A stretch of 64,000 nucleotides of DNA from sequence record NC_042013.1; one strand, 5' to 3'. Position 1 is the first letter of the stretch; every line of letters starts with the position of its first letter. The position numbers were made by a program, and so were the translations under genes. The notes under the pieces were generated by a model. It did no database searches and was not told where the DNA came from. It worked only from the letters and a program-made list of their open reading frames with translations. Below, piece after piece: positions 17,455-27,418 of the stretch.

Positions 17455-20120
17455 TGGCACGACATCCTAACGTTATTATTCCAGAATATTCTGACAAAGC
17501 ATATTTTAAAATTACAAAAGTACCACTTTATGGGGATTTATATTTTCGTGGTATGAAAGCTATTGTTGGAACCGTATTCACTCAAGAAGATTTGCTTGAA
17601 GAGAATATGGAATATAAAAACACCAAAACGCCTGCAACAACAAATGGTGCATCGTTTGAGGATACATTTAATTTTGTTGTTCCTGTGTCAGGTTCTGCTA
17701 TTCTATTGCCTAATTTCCCTGCGCATAAAGCATGCTTTCCAGTAACTTGGGGTGGTTCTCCAACGGGAGAATTTGTATATAAAATAAAAGTCCTGTTTAT
17801 TCCCATTCCAAAAGTAGTTGTTAATGCAGGTCTTACTCTGTTCGAAGAACAAACTAAATGTTTATCAACCGAACTTCTGAAATATACTAGTGATTATGGT
17901 GAGCTTCCTCCCGGCGAAACGTTCCCTCCAAATGGTGAAAAATTCCCCATAACGTATACTATTACGAATATTATATCTCATAAGTCGGCAAAGATAACAC
18001 TAAATGATGTGGAATTAAAAAAAGGCGATACTTTCGGTCACGCAGATTTGCCTAATTTGTGTGTAAAAGGCCAATTGGAGGGCGCGGGGAATTTGAGCTT
18101 TTCATTCTCTGTATGTAACAATGTTAATAAATGTATAACTGGCACATTTAATATCACAGTTAAAGCAAGACCTTTTCCTAAAATTTATCGATCTGAAATC
18201 ACAATTAATGAATGTGATTCCAATATTTCTATTACTAAGCAACATCTCGAGGTTCGATCCGAGGGAGAAACTGATGATGATTTTATCAAGTTTGAATATC
18301 TCAGTGAAAAAACTATCGCTCTTGATCCATTGGTTGTCGCTAATCTAAATGAAAGTGTATTTAACGGTACATTTATTGGTAATGGTCTTACTGTTACCAA
18401 TCCATGTCCTATGGAAAACAAAAAGACTACCCAAGTCTTGGTTATGAAAGCGACTAATGGTTATGGCAAGGTAAAGGAATTCTTTTTTACGGTTCGTATT
18501 ATTCTTAAAAAGATTGAATTACCGCCAGCTAATCCAGCGGAAATATTCTATGATACCAATGGCGGTTGTAGCTATAAAATGAACTTTTTTGGTCAATGGA
18601 CCATCAATGGTCTTTGTGGCCTATGGGTAGAGATTTTAACGCGTGATGTAGCTGAATTTATGGAAGATAAACCAGTAGGTCAGGTAGTTGTTGTGCCTAA
18701 TGCGGCAGAAGAACCGATTGCTGTTCTTAAAACGCCAGAAGGATTGGTTACTATTCCATTTAATGCAAATCCTCCATCCGGCGAAACACCTTGGCCAGAA
18801 CCAAAGCCAAGTCCAGATAAACCAAATGGTGAAGCGGCTGCTGGCGATCTATTCGTATCTGAGGATGGAACTAAGTTTATTGCCTCAGGTGAAGGTACGT
18901 ATCATGCGGTTGAGGGAACTTGGCCTGAAGGGCAAGAAGAACCTAATATGGACCCTGTTATATTGACAGGTGACTATTGCGTTGAAACTACCAATCTCGG
19001 TGGGGTTCCGAGCAATGTAGGTTGTGCGATTGTTAATGGTAACTATTTGGTTAAAAATGAGGCAGGCGATTGGGAACCGGGTGAACCTGAACGTCTAGAT
19101 ATTCAATACTCAACTCCGTATTTTGGATGGATCGGGGCTAATGAATTCTATGTTCGATATAACCAATCTGTAAGCATATTCTTCTATTCGTTGCGTTTTT
19201 ATACTCGTTTCGATATTGTAGGTGGTGGCGAACAGCTTTATGGAAACTTCCATCGTGATAGAACCTATATTCCTTGGTCAAATACTATTGGTCCCGGTCC
19301 TATTTTACATAAGCTTGATATTAGCTTACCGCTCAACACGTATAAGGTTCATAACATTACGAACCCTTATGCATTTGGTCCATATCGAAAAATACCGGGA
19401 ATTGATGATTTTACACGTCAAGATTTTACCTATATTAAAATGCAAGACTCTAGACTGTTTGCGTTTGGATCAAGCTCGCGCCCATTTAAATCTATCTATC
19501 AACCACCGCGTATTGATGGATATGATATCTCACCAACTTGGACACAAGCTGATGATGTAAGGACTACTATTCCATATAATAAGAAATATCCAATTATGGA
19601 TTATGTGAATTTGACGTCTGATCAAGAGGTTGTTCCTTTTGGTGGACCGGCGTATGGACCAAATCTTGATCCTCATCTACATTTTCTTGCTTGGAAAGTT
19701 GCATATAAGCTCGTTAGAAAATATAATCCAACAACGAAAAAGTATGATCAGGTTTTTGAAAGACCACAAGGTTTTGCCAAGGGTCAGCTTAAAATTATGC
19801 ATAATGATAATTTTACTAAAGCAGCTAATTTCAAACGTGCGAACGGTGGTGAATTTGAAGCTAACCTACCGAAAGCTCCTGTCACATATACGTTCAATGT
19901 AAGAGCATATGATATAATGACCGGATTAACGAAGTATAGAACTTACAAAATCCATTATAATGCAACCGGTCTTTCACCGGCAGGAAATTCTAGCGAGACA
20001 ACAGATAATCCGACTGAAGGTTTGGGTAATGGTTTCTTGCCACCTGCAAGACAAACGGCAACGTGTCAGTTTATCAACAACGTTGCCCAATCGTGTAAGT
20101 ATACCGGAGGTGCAGGCTAA
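17454..20120 (+). CDS. Large structural protein with N-terminal CSPG-like repeats
   Basis: VFTQEDLLEENMEY repeat; TAATG coupling; C-terminal strand block similar to the 388-aa neighbour. Confidence 0.75.
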   Translation: MARHPNVIIPEYSDKAYFKITKVPLYGDLYFRGMKAIVGTVFTQEDLLEENMEYKNTKTPATTNGASFEDTFNFVVPVSGSAILLPNFPAHKACFPVTWGGSPTGEFVYKIKVLFIPIPKVVVNAGLTLFEEQTKCLSTELLKYTSDYGELPPGETFPPNGEKFPITYTITNIISHKSAKITLNDVELKKGDTFGHADLPNLCVKGQLEGAGNLSFSFSVCNNVNKCITGTFNITVKARPFPKIYRSEITINECDSNISITKQHLEVRSEGETDDDFIKFEYLSEKTIALDPLVVANLNESVFNGTFIGNGLTVTNPCPMENKKTTQVLVMKATNGYGKVKEFFFTVRIILKKIELPPANPAEIFYDTNGGCSYKMNFFGQWTINGLCGLWVEILTRDVAEFMEDKPVGQVVVVPNAAEEPIAVLKTPEGLVTIPFNANPPSGETPWPEPKPSPDKPNGEAAAGDLFVSEDGTKFIASGEGTYHAVEGTWPEGQEEPNMDPVILTGDYCVETTNLGGVPSNVGCAIVNGNYLVKNEAGDWEPGEPERLDIQYSTPYFGWIGANEFYVRYNQSVSIFFYSLRFYTRFDIVGGGEQLYGNFHRDRTYIPWSNTIGPGPILHKLDISLPLNTYKVHNITNPYAFGPYRKIPGIDDFTRQDFTYIKMQDSRLFAFGSSSRPFKSIYQPPRIDGYDISPTWTQADDVRTTIPYNKKYPIMDYVNLTSDQEVVPFGGPAYGPNLDPHLHFLAWKVAYKLVRKYNPTTKKYDQVFERPQGFAKGQLKIMHNDNFTKAANFKRANGGEFEANLPKAPVTYTFNVRAYDIMTGLTKYRTYKIHYNATGLSPAGNSSETTDNPTEGLGNGFLPPARQTATCQFINNVAQSCKYTGGAG

Positions 20121-20569
20121 ATTTTAGCCTCTAACTCTTTTTGATACATAGCAAAGAAGTCAGATTTTAACATCCTATTAACGAAATCTGACTTCTTTAA
20201 TAAACTCTCTAAATCGATAATCTCGTATGCCATATTAGCTATAATGGTACTTTTTTCTAAAACCAATATCAAATCGTTTGTGGAAATTTCAACAGTTCCA
20301 TTTTTTAACTTAAGATCATGATTAGGCCCTTTATATCGAAACACGGGATATTCAATTTCCTCTATTTCGACTTCCATTAAATCAGCAATCTGGTCAGCAT
20401 TCATATACCCATCTTTAAGATTCTTTAATGCGTTCCTGATCCATAATGGCTGGCCACATTTGTCTATTTCTTCATAAGATAGATTTTTTACATTATCATA
20501 CAATGCTTGCTGTGCTGGCTTTTTCTTCATAGCAATGAAGAATTCAACCGGGTTTTTATTGGTTCGCAT
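20117..20569 (-). CDS. Hypothetical protein
   Basis: 150-aa ORF overlapping the upstream gene end. Confidence 0.65.
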   Translation of the reverse strand: MRTNKNPVEFFIAMKKKPAQQALYDNVKNLSYEEIDKCGQPLWIRNALKNLKDGYMNADQIADLMEVEIEEIEYPVFRYKGPNHDLKLKNGTVEISTNDLILVLEKSTIIANMAYEIIDLESLLKKSDFVNRMLKSDFFAMYQKELEAKI

Positions 20570-21059
20570 TTGCTAAAACCCTAGCAAGAAGATTAGTCTC
20601 CATATCCTCATTCAAAATCATAATTTTTGATGTTCGGCGGATAGTTGATTGATTACCGACTGTTGGGTGAATTGTACTAACATCAATTCCTTGTTCGGTA
20701 ATTTTATTTGCAACGCCTACCCAAAGATCATTGTTTTTCCAAAAAATTAGTTTATCATTAACTTTAATTTCTTGGTCAAGAGAATCTTTATAATATGCAC
20801 CATCTTGTCTTGTAGGAGCTACGAGCTTTGTTTCTGTTTCATCACTGATAATTAGGTTTTTACCAGATTCAGAAAAATGACGTTGACCTTCAATAGCTAG
20901 TCGGTATAGGTGCCTTGAAAAATGAATGCGTGATACTGATATTACTTTTGCAATAGACCCTGCTTTTTTTCCATCTAATATTTGAACAAAAATGCTTCTA
21001 CCAGCGTTGATAGCATTACTAATATCTGACGCCTCAATATGATGATGTAGTGTTTTCAT
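20556..21059 (-). CDS. Hypothetical protein
   Basis: 167-aa ORF. Confidence 0.7.
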   Translation of the reverse strand: MKTLHHHIEASDISNAINAGRSIFVQILDGKKAGSIAKVISVSRIHFSRHLYRLAIEGQRHFSESGKNLIISDETETKLVAPTRQDGAYYKDSLDQEIKVNDKLIFWKNNDLWVGVANKITEQGIDVSTIHPTVGNQSTIRRTSKIMILNEDMETNLLARVLANANQ

Positions 21060-21148
21060 TTATATGCCCTGCATTTCTTATGATCTAAAGATAGCAGGGT
21101 TGTTTTGGCGTATGCAATATTATTTTAAGTTCCGTATATAGAAGATGT

Positions 21149-21511
21149 TTATGCGTTCCAATAATCAATGCCAGCTTGTTTCCAATACGCCTCGTCCTCA
21201 TTTTCGCAAAACGTGCGTATCTTAACAAGCTCTCGCTTCCAGATTCCTTTTATATCTTTTGGCACTTCATCATACGATATCTCAACAATAGGGCGATTCA
21301 TAGATCGAGTTCCATCTGTAAGGACAGCGGCAAGACCTACTCTGTTATGACCTTTTTGTTTTTTAGCCATTATTGAACGGGATTGTGCATAACCATCTTT
21401 CCCCTCTCCTCTAAAAAATTGCGTATAACGACTATCGACTACCAGATATTCAGACCATTCTCCATTTTCATGAAAGAACCATTTATCGAAATTTGGAACA
21501 GGAATACTCAT
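21149..21511 (-). CDS. Hypothetical protein
   Basis: GAGG RBS; 120 aa. Confidence 0.75.
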   Translation of the reverse strand: MSIPVPNFDKWFFHENGEWSEYLVVDSRYTQFFRGEGKDGYAQSRSIMAKKQKGHNRVGLAAVLTDGTRSMNRPIVEISYDEVPKDIKGIWKRELVKIRTFCENEDEAYWKQAGIDYWNA

Positions 21512-21535
21512 ATTATCACCCCCTCATTTTGTATA

Positions 21536-21787
21536 TTATTTTGCGTTTTTAGCTTCTGTATAAGTCATTTCGTCAATTAACGTAATTTCGGAATCGGTTT
21601 CAATCCAAGCACGAGCACCGCACGATAATTGATTTCCATTATAGATTAGTTTGGAAGGTCCATTAATATGAACTTCGCGGGCATATTTAGTTTTGCCTTT
21701 AATTTTAATTGTGTATACTGGCCTATTACCGCCGTCTTTTGCATTCATGCCAATATGACTGCGGTTTACGTGAATGATTGTTGTCAT
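21536..21787 (-). CDS. Hypothetical phage protein
   Basis: GAGG RBS; ATGA-type overlap. Confidence 0.75.
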   Translation of the reverse strand: MTTIIHVNRSHIGMNAKDGGNRPVYTIKIKGKTKYAREVHINGPSKLIYNGNQLSCGARAWIETDSEITLIDEMTYTEAKNAK

Positions 21788-22080
21788 TGTGACCTCAATA
21801 AAGCAGATAAGATTAATGAATCCATATGATTGTCAAATTCAAATCCAATTACATTTTGTAAAAATTCACGACTCTCATTTAAGAATATCAATTCGTCATC
21901 TGTTAATTTTTCAAACTGTTGGTATAACTTTTTACGAACCTCATACCGGAGATATATGATTCTTGGATCATTTGTATAAACCGGAAAGACATCTTTTATA
22001 TTAGTGTAATGAATTTGAAATGTTGATAATGGTTCAAAAATCAACATTTCATAAGCTTCGTATTCGGTAATTAATGACAT
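21784..22080 (-). CDS. Hypothetical protein
   Basis: 98-aa ORF tightly packed between neighbours. Confidence 0.6.
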   Translation of the reverse strand: MSLITEYEAYEMLIFEPLSTFQIHYTNIKDVFPVYTNDPRIIYLRYEVRKKLYQQFEKLTDDELIFLNESREFLQNVIGFEFDNHMDSLILSALLRSQ

Positions 22081-22081
22081 A

Positions 22082-22387
22082 TTAATTATTCTTCGAACCC
22101 GGCGTGTTATAAAAGATGTTCAATGGATTTGCATCCTCTGGAATAGCGCTATCATCGGCATCAACAAAACCATTGAGAAAGTTCTGTAAGCCTTCTTCGT
22201 CATCCGCATCAAACACACGGGTTGATACCTCAAACCCGTTTTCTTTAAAGACACGCATAAGGTCAGCAAGTCCTGCAACATTTTCTAACAGAAAAGTGTC
22301 AAATTCAACGGTATCCTCATTTTCATTTTCATTTTCTACGTTATCTTCCTCATTAGAATTGAGGATTTCGTCGTCCTTTTTTGACAT
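22082..22387 (-). CDS. Acidic hypothetical protein
   Basis: ATG 22387 with AAGGA RBS; very D/E/N-rich. Confidence 0.7.
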   Translation of the reverse strand: MSKKDDEILNSNEEDNVENENENEDTVEFDTFLLENVAGLADLMRVFKENGFEVSTRVFDADDEEGLQNFLNGFVDADDSAIPEDANPLNIFYNTPGSKNN

Positions 22388-22448
22388 ATGTACGTCCTTT
22401 ATGATATTATTAACGAAGGTATAATACTCTAACCAAAAGCGAACGTCA

Positions 22449-22868
22449 ATGAGAATAATAGATTTGGAATATGCCGAGGACAGCTTCAAACTGATGTTTG
22501 CACTCCAACAAGAGGATTACTATAAACGCGTCTTTGAAAATTATCACGAAGTGGAGATAGTGTCGCAAGACATCTTGTTTATGGATTATTCATCCGCTTG
22601 GGTAAAAGTTGAAAAAGATGGATCGGAATCTACTTTTGAAATAGAGGCGTTCGATATAATGGACCGGTATGCCATTATTTTACGGGTTTGGCGTTCGGAA
22701 TGGGTTAGGTATTATAATGAAAATGTCGATTATATACACGGTGTTTCATTTGCCATAAATTTATATCGTTTGGAAATTAGAGGATTGAATACCACTTATA
22801 GAATTCGATTTTCATCATTATCAAAACTAGATGACATTTTTAAAAGAATTCAGTTGACTTATTTTTGA
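22449..22868 (+). CDS. Hypothetical protein
   Basis: 139-aa ORF. Confidence 0.65.
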   Translation: MRIIDLEYAEDSFKLMFALQQEDYYKRVFENYHEVEIVSQDILFMDYSSAWVKVEKDGSESTFEIEAFDIMDRYAIILRVWRSEWVRYYNENVDYIHGVSFAINLYRLEIRGLNTTYRIRFSSLSKLDDIFKRIQLTYF

Positions 22869-22911
22869 TATGGTTTATTACTCATAATTGAAAGATTTTA
22901 TGAGGTGTAAA

Positions 22912-23286
22912 ATGGAATTTCAAACAGGATTTACCGAATGGACCGAGAGTGAATCTCTTCGTATAATGATGATTAATGCGCAAATTCATCGTCGCATGGT
23001 GTCATATAAAAGATCGACTACCGTTTCAGGTGAAATGTTTGGTATCCTTAATGTTGGACTTGACATTATTAAAAATATCCCTAATATCATTAAACCTACC
23101 GTATTTTTTGAAAGGAATGTGGTTGAAACTGGATTAATTAAGATTGATGATTCTAAAATAGTAATTTTATCCAGTTGGGTATCAGATGGGAAATTTATGG
23201 TAGATATAGACTTTTCTGACACATTAGTTAGTGTTTTGGAATTTAATAACCGTGACGAGGCTATTGCCTTTTTTGAAAATCTATAA
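22912..23286 (+). CDS. Hypothetical protein
   Basis: ATG 22912 with GAGGT RBS. Confidence 0.65.
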   Translation: MEFQTGFTEWTESESLRIMMINAQIHRRMVSYKRSTTVSGEMFGILNVGLDIIKNIPNIIKPTVFFERNVVETGLIKIDDSKIVILSSWVSDGKFMVDIDFSDTLVSVLEFNNRDEAIAFFENL

Positions 23287-23296
23287 GGAGAAAAAT

Positions 23297-23488
23297 ATGG
23301 ATATCATTGTTAAAGAATATAAAGGCGCTATTCGTTCGGTAAAAGTTTACAAGACAGAAAATGAAATGTTCTATATCGAAACTTCCACCAATGGTGGAGA
23401 TTGGGAACGTTTTATTAATGTTCACGGAAATGGTGTATATGATAAGAAGCACACCGTTATGACAGCAGCACGGAAACTTAAGCAGTGA
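23297..23488 (+). CDS. Hypothetical protein
   Basis: ATG 23297 with AAGGAG RBS. Confidence 0.7.
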   Translation: MDIIVKEYKGAIRSVKVYKTENEMFYIETSTNGGDWERFINVHGNGVYDKKHTVMTAARKLKQ

Positions 23489-23670
23489 CGAAAACGGTAA
23501 TCGTTGACATATACACCTTGATGAACATCATCAACGATGGGACCGTTGATGATGTTGAGTTTGTAATACATTTTAGATCGGACGGAAATACAGCGTCAAT
23601 ATCATCCACTGATGAATCTTTTATTTTGCAAATGGTTATGACCCATAATCTTCAAATAGTTGAATATTGA
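23485..23670 (+). CDS. Hypothetical protein
   Basis: GTGA overlap with the previous stop. Confidence 0.55.
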   Translation: MTKTVIVDIYTLMNIINDGTVDDVEFVIHFRSDGNTASISSTDESFILQMVMTHNLQIVEY

Positions 23671-24083
23671 CCATCAGTAACTTTGTAGCGTGTTGTTATT
23701 TTATAATCGTCCTCGATTTCATCAATTGTGAAGATTTCATTATATGAAAAATTAATAATGTAATCCTCGACACGCACTACAGTTGCGGAATCCCCATCCT
23801 TCTCAAGCCTGAACAATTCTGCATCAATTCCTGAAAGAATTAACGTTTGATGCATCATATAGGCAATAGATGCATCACAGAAGATATTATCGGAAATAAG
23901 TTCCCACGGAGACGGCCACGTTTCGGGTTTATCCCAATCTATTACATATTTGCATAATGGAGCGTGACTCCACCAATTTACTACGCTTTCAAGTTGTTCA
24001 TACGTATTTAAATTTTCTATTGACTTTCTTAAATTACGCCATTCGAAAATTCTTGAATTAACATCTTTCATAAAAACATTCAT
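23652..24083 (-). CDS. Hypothetical protein (papain/transglutaminase-like fold possible)
   Basis: TAATG coupling to the fibre gene; PETWPSPWELI..FCD block. Confidence 0.65.
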   Translation of the reverse strand: MNVFMKDVNSRIFEWRNLRKSIENLNTYEQLESVVNWWSHAPLCKYVIDWDKPETWPSPWELISDNIFCDASIAYMMHQTLILSGIDAELFRLEKDGDSATVVRVEDYIINFSYNEIFTIDEIEDDYKITTRYKVTDGQYSTI

Positions 24084-25372
24084 TAGTTTGCAATCTTTTG
24101 TAACAAATAATAATAAACGGTAGACTGACCGGGACTTGTACCAACGGTTGTTACACTGGTAACACCACGTGACACCCATACACCCGGTAAGTATAAATGG
24201 GCTTCATTCTGATAGTGCACTCTTCTTAATGAACCACCGGGAATGATCCACATTTGAGTACCATATGCAACCGCAAAATAGTCGTCCATTCCACCAGCAT
24301 AAATTGATCCAATCGGCATATCTTGTATATTGGTGCTTGTATTTACGATAGACAACGGACCGGTAATAGATTCAATATCTGCTTTTGACAATGATACGTT
24401 ATGGGTATGACCGTCACCTGTTGCTGCATTTGGCGTGTGAATAGAAACGGATTGTGGCGTCTTCATTGCAATTTGACGGTTGTTAGTTAAATCGCCGCCG
24501 CCTTCAAGACCAACACCAGCAGATATCGTTCTGCTAACGGGTACAATGTCACCACCCATAATGGTTTCAATATTTTGTTTTGTAAGAACCATTTTATGAG
24601 AATGCGTTCCAACGGTAGACGTGTTATCAGAACTAAACGTAATATCTGATGGTGTACCAAGATGAATAGTAACATCTTGTGCAAGATTACCACCACCTAC
24701 AAGACCATTTCCGGCAAGAATCTGACGGGTGTTATATACCGCTTCTTCAGGACTTGGGACCAAGTCTTTATCTGCTGGTGTATAACCAAGATAATCAATA
24801 ATATCTTGCGAAGTTAATGTCAACGAGTGGGTATGTGTTTCATCTGTAACACTATTGGTAGATGTTGACGTAATCACCGATGGGGTTCCAAGAGTTAATG
24901 TAACATCAGACGCAAGTGCTCCACCGCCAGTCATTCCTTCGCCAGCAAGAACATTTCTGGTAATCAAAACGAAGTCCGATAGCGGATGACCTTTTAATGT
25001 ACCGGCATCAACGTTACCCTCAAGGTCTGCTAATTTTTGTAAGAGATATGCAAGATTAACAGCATCTTTTGGGTTTTCTGGTGGATTAAGATTTACAATT
25101 TTATTGTCACGCAAATCAAGATTTGTTGTTACGTATCCATTTTCTTGTGTAACATATCTGTCATCACCGGAATCTTGATCTATAACTGAAACCCATTCTG
25201 CATTAATGTATGTTTCCATTTTTCCAATAGACGAATTGAAACGAATCGTTCCGTTTCGCAAAAGTCCAGTAGGTCTCTGAGCGGTAGAACCTAATGGAAC
25301 TGATAAACCACCATTTGACTGGATTGTTGTTACTTGTAATGAATTAGTATAAAGATCGGTTGAATTACTCAT
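24083..25372 (-). CDS. Tail-fibre-like structural protein
   Basis: Three repeats of GxG[ML]xGGGxL...TP...HxH; N-terminal GTIRFN..METY fibre-type block. Confidence 0.75.
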   Translation of the reverse strand: MSNSTDLYTNSLQVTTIQSNGGLSVPLGSTAQRPTGLLRNGTIRFNSSIGKMETYINAEWVSVIDQDSGDDRYVTQENGYVTTNLDLRDNKIVNLNPPENPKDAVNLAYLLQKLADLEGNVDAGTLKGHPLSDFVLITRNVLAGEGMTGGGALASDVTLTLGTPSVITSTSTNSVTDETHTHSLTLTSQDIIDYLGYTPADKDLVPSPEEAVYNTRQILAGNGLVGGGNLAQDVTIHLGTPSDITFSSDNTSTVGTHSHKMVLTKQNIETIMGGDIVPVSRTISAGVGLEGGGDLTNNRQIAMKTPQSVSIHTPNAATGDGHTHNVSLSKADIESITGPLSIVNTSTNIQDMPIGSIYAGGMDDYFAVAYGTQMWIIPGGSLRRVHYQNEAHLYLPGVWVSRGVTSVTTVGTSPGQSTVYYYLLQKIAN

Positions 25373-26295
25373 AGCTCGTCACTACTCCAACGATCACCAA
25401 AATAGGTGATATGAACCGGATAATCACTTGCATTTGTGCAAGTAAAAGAAAGATATTTTGTTACTTGTGAGGGGTCCATAGGATCAGCCTCTTCGATAAC
25501 ACGAACCGAAAAAACGACTCTCATATAATTGACGCCGGATTGCTGATTCATATCAACACCGTTGTCCATAACTTCCGCGCCGTCCTCATCTGCTACAATA
25601 TGAAGAGTTCCGGTTCTACGAACCGTTTTGCCGTTGACGGGGACCGTTGTTTTGATAGAATAGTTAATAATCATAGAATCCGCTTCAGATAGAGGATATC
25701 TATCAATTTCCATTGCCGGAATAAACCAGAATGTAAATTCGTCATCAGATGTTACTGTATCCATTTGAGCAGTATCAAGATCAAGAAGAACAGATGTATT
25801 TCCTGCGGAATTTTGAATAACAGTTAAGGCATCTAATGAAAGATTGTATAATCCAGACGCATTAGAATATTCTGCTTTATACAGCATTGAACCGGATTCG
25901 TCTGAGTTGAAAACGTCAATAACCGCAGTTCGTATTGTCGATACTCCGTTACCATCAACCGGTAAAACTGGTCCGGTATAATTTACTGTTACCGCTTGGT
26001 TCGACAATGTTCTTTCAGCGGAAAAGAAACGTTGCAAAGGAGACGTGGTGACAACATGATCAACCAACGTTCTTGATACGTCAAACTCTGTTAAAATTTT
26101 AACATTTCCATATGGAAATCTACCGGGACTTGACATTGTAGGTAGACGTGATTGTACCTTTGAATAATTTGGCATGCCAACAAAAATTTCACCAGAATCA
26201 TATGTAGTTACGATTTCATTCTCTGGTAATGTGGCAGGCAAATCTTCACGACGTCCTGTTCTTAATTGAATTTGGGATATCTGAATAACTGTCAT
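25369..26295 (-). CDS. Virion structural protein (fibre/baseplate-attachment-like N-terminus)
   Basis: ATG 26295; ISQIQLRTG..LP..GEIFVG N-terminus typical of myophage fibre proteins. Confidence 0.65.
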   Translation of the reverse strand: MTVIQISQIQLRTGRREDLPATLPENEIVTTYDSGEIFVGMPNYSKVQSRLPTMSSPGRFPYGNVKILTEFDVSRTLVDHVVTTSPLQRFFSAERTLSNQAVTVNYTGPVLPVDGNGVSTIRTAVIDVFNSDESGSMLYKAEYSNASGLYNLSLDALTVIQNSAGNTSVLLDLDTAQMDTVTSDDEFTFWFIPAMEIDRYPLSEADSMIINYSIKTTVPVNGKTVRRTGTLHIVADEDGAEVMDNGVDMNQQSGVNYMRVVFSVRVIEEADPMDPSQVTKYLSFTCTNASDYPVHITYFGDRWSSDEL

Positions 26296-26323
26296 ATCTT
26301 GTCTCGAAAAATTATTATATAGA

Positions 26324-26351
26324 TATTTATCTTTTACCAAAGTAATAAATA
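26324..26351. promoter_or_regulatory. Back-to-back ATAAATA late-type promoters
   Basis: Minus copy 26324-26330 and plus copy 26345-26351 in a 94-nt divergent gap. Confidence 0.55.
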
Positions 26352-26389
26352 GAAATATGAACAAACATTGTTTTCAAGGATAACCCATT

Positions 26390-27382
26390 ATGTCAAGCGA
26401 TTTACGCAAATACAAAAATATTCTTTCTGAATCTTACAACCCGCCTGTAGTTAATGAAGACTTGGGTACTCTTAAATTCGTTGATAAAGACCTTATTGGC
26501 GCATTGAAAAATAAACCGTTTTATAGCCGTCGCAGCACTGGTCTTAAGTCCGGTCTTACATCAGATTCACCTGTCAAAACAACATTGGTTGGAACGGCAT
26601 CAGCTATACATTCTCTCTTAACCGACAAAACCGTATTTGGAGCGGTGTTCATGGTTGAGGACCGTCAGCTATTTGTTGCGGTAAAAGAAGATAACGACAA
26701 ATACAACATTACATTCTCAAGAACAAACAAGTCATACGCAAAAGATGCTGGTATTGATGAATATGATTATAGTGGAAAAGTTAGTTCAGCTAAGCTTAAG
26801 AAATTGGTTTCTGCTATTAACAAAATGGCAAAAGAAGACAATAAAATGCTTGAAGCACAGGTTATCTTCATTGATGGCTCTAAGACCGAACTTCGTAAAG
26901 AACGTCAGGCAGCACGTAGTGGCTCTCCATTCTTCACTAAGAATTTGACAAGAGAATTGCGTCAGAGTCTTTCAGCACGCCTTGAAAAATTCAAAGCTAG
27001 TAAGTCAACTAACGTTGATGATTTGGATGCAGCGTTTGAAACCATTAAAGAAAAATTCCTCGACATGATCAATGTTGGTGGTTATTCTTACAAACTATCA
27101 CGTACAAACCTTAATTGGGAATCACTCAATAAGGGCGAAGATGACACTAATGTATGGAGCGACTCATATCTTACGTACTCTTTGACCAGTGACTCTGAAG
27201 GTAAACGTAGTGATGAAATGCGCAAGGTTTATACCGATGCACGTGAAATTAGCGACGACTCTGAAAAGGATGCATATATCGACGCAGAACGCGCTAAACT
27301 TCCACCACGTTCATTTGATATTATCCTTCGACTTAAGGGTAATGTTCTTACACCGGTTCGTTTAAAGTCATCTGAATATTGA
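26390..27382 (+). CDS. Hypothetical, probable virion internal protein
   Basis: N-terminal ILSE/VVNE sites; late-type promoter; own terminator. Confidence 0.75.
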   Translation: MSSDLRKYKNILSESYNPPVVNEDLGTLKFVDKDLIGALKNKPFYSRRSTGLKSGLTSDSPVKTTLVGTASAIHSLLTDKTVFGAVFMVEDRQLFVAVKEDNDKYNITFSRTNKSYAKDAGIDEYDYSGKVSSAKLKKLVSAINKMAKEDNKMLEAQVIFIDGSKTELRKERQAARSGSPFFTKNLTRELRQSLSARLEKFKASKSTNVDDLDAAFETIKEKFLDMINVGGYSYKLSRTNLNWESLNKGEDDTNVWSDSYLTYSLTSDSEGKRSDEMRKVYTDAREISDDSEKDAYIDAERAKLPPRSFDIILRLKGNVLTPVRLKSSEY

Positions 27383-27389
27383 TAATAAT

Positions 27390-27416
27390 AAAGCCATCCT
27401 TCGGGATGGCTTTTTT
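27390..27416 (+). terminator. Rho-independent terminator (probably bidirectional)
   Basis: AAAGCCATCC-TTCG-GGATGGCTTTTTT. Confidence 0.9.
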
Positions 27417-27418
27417 CT

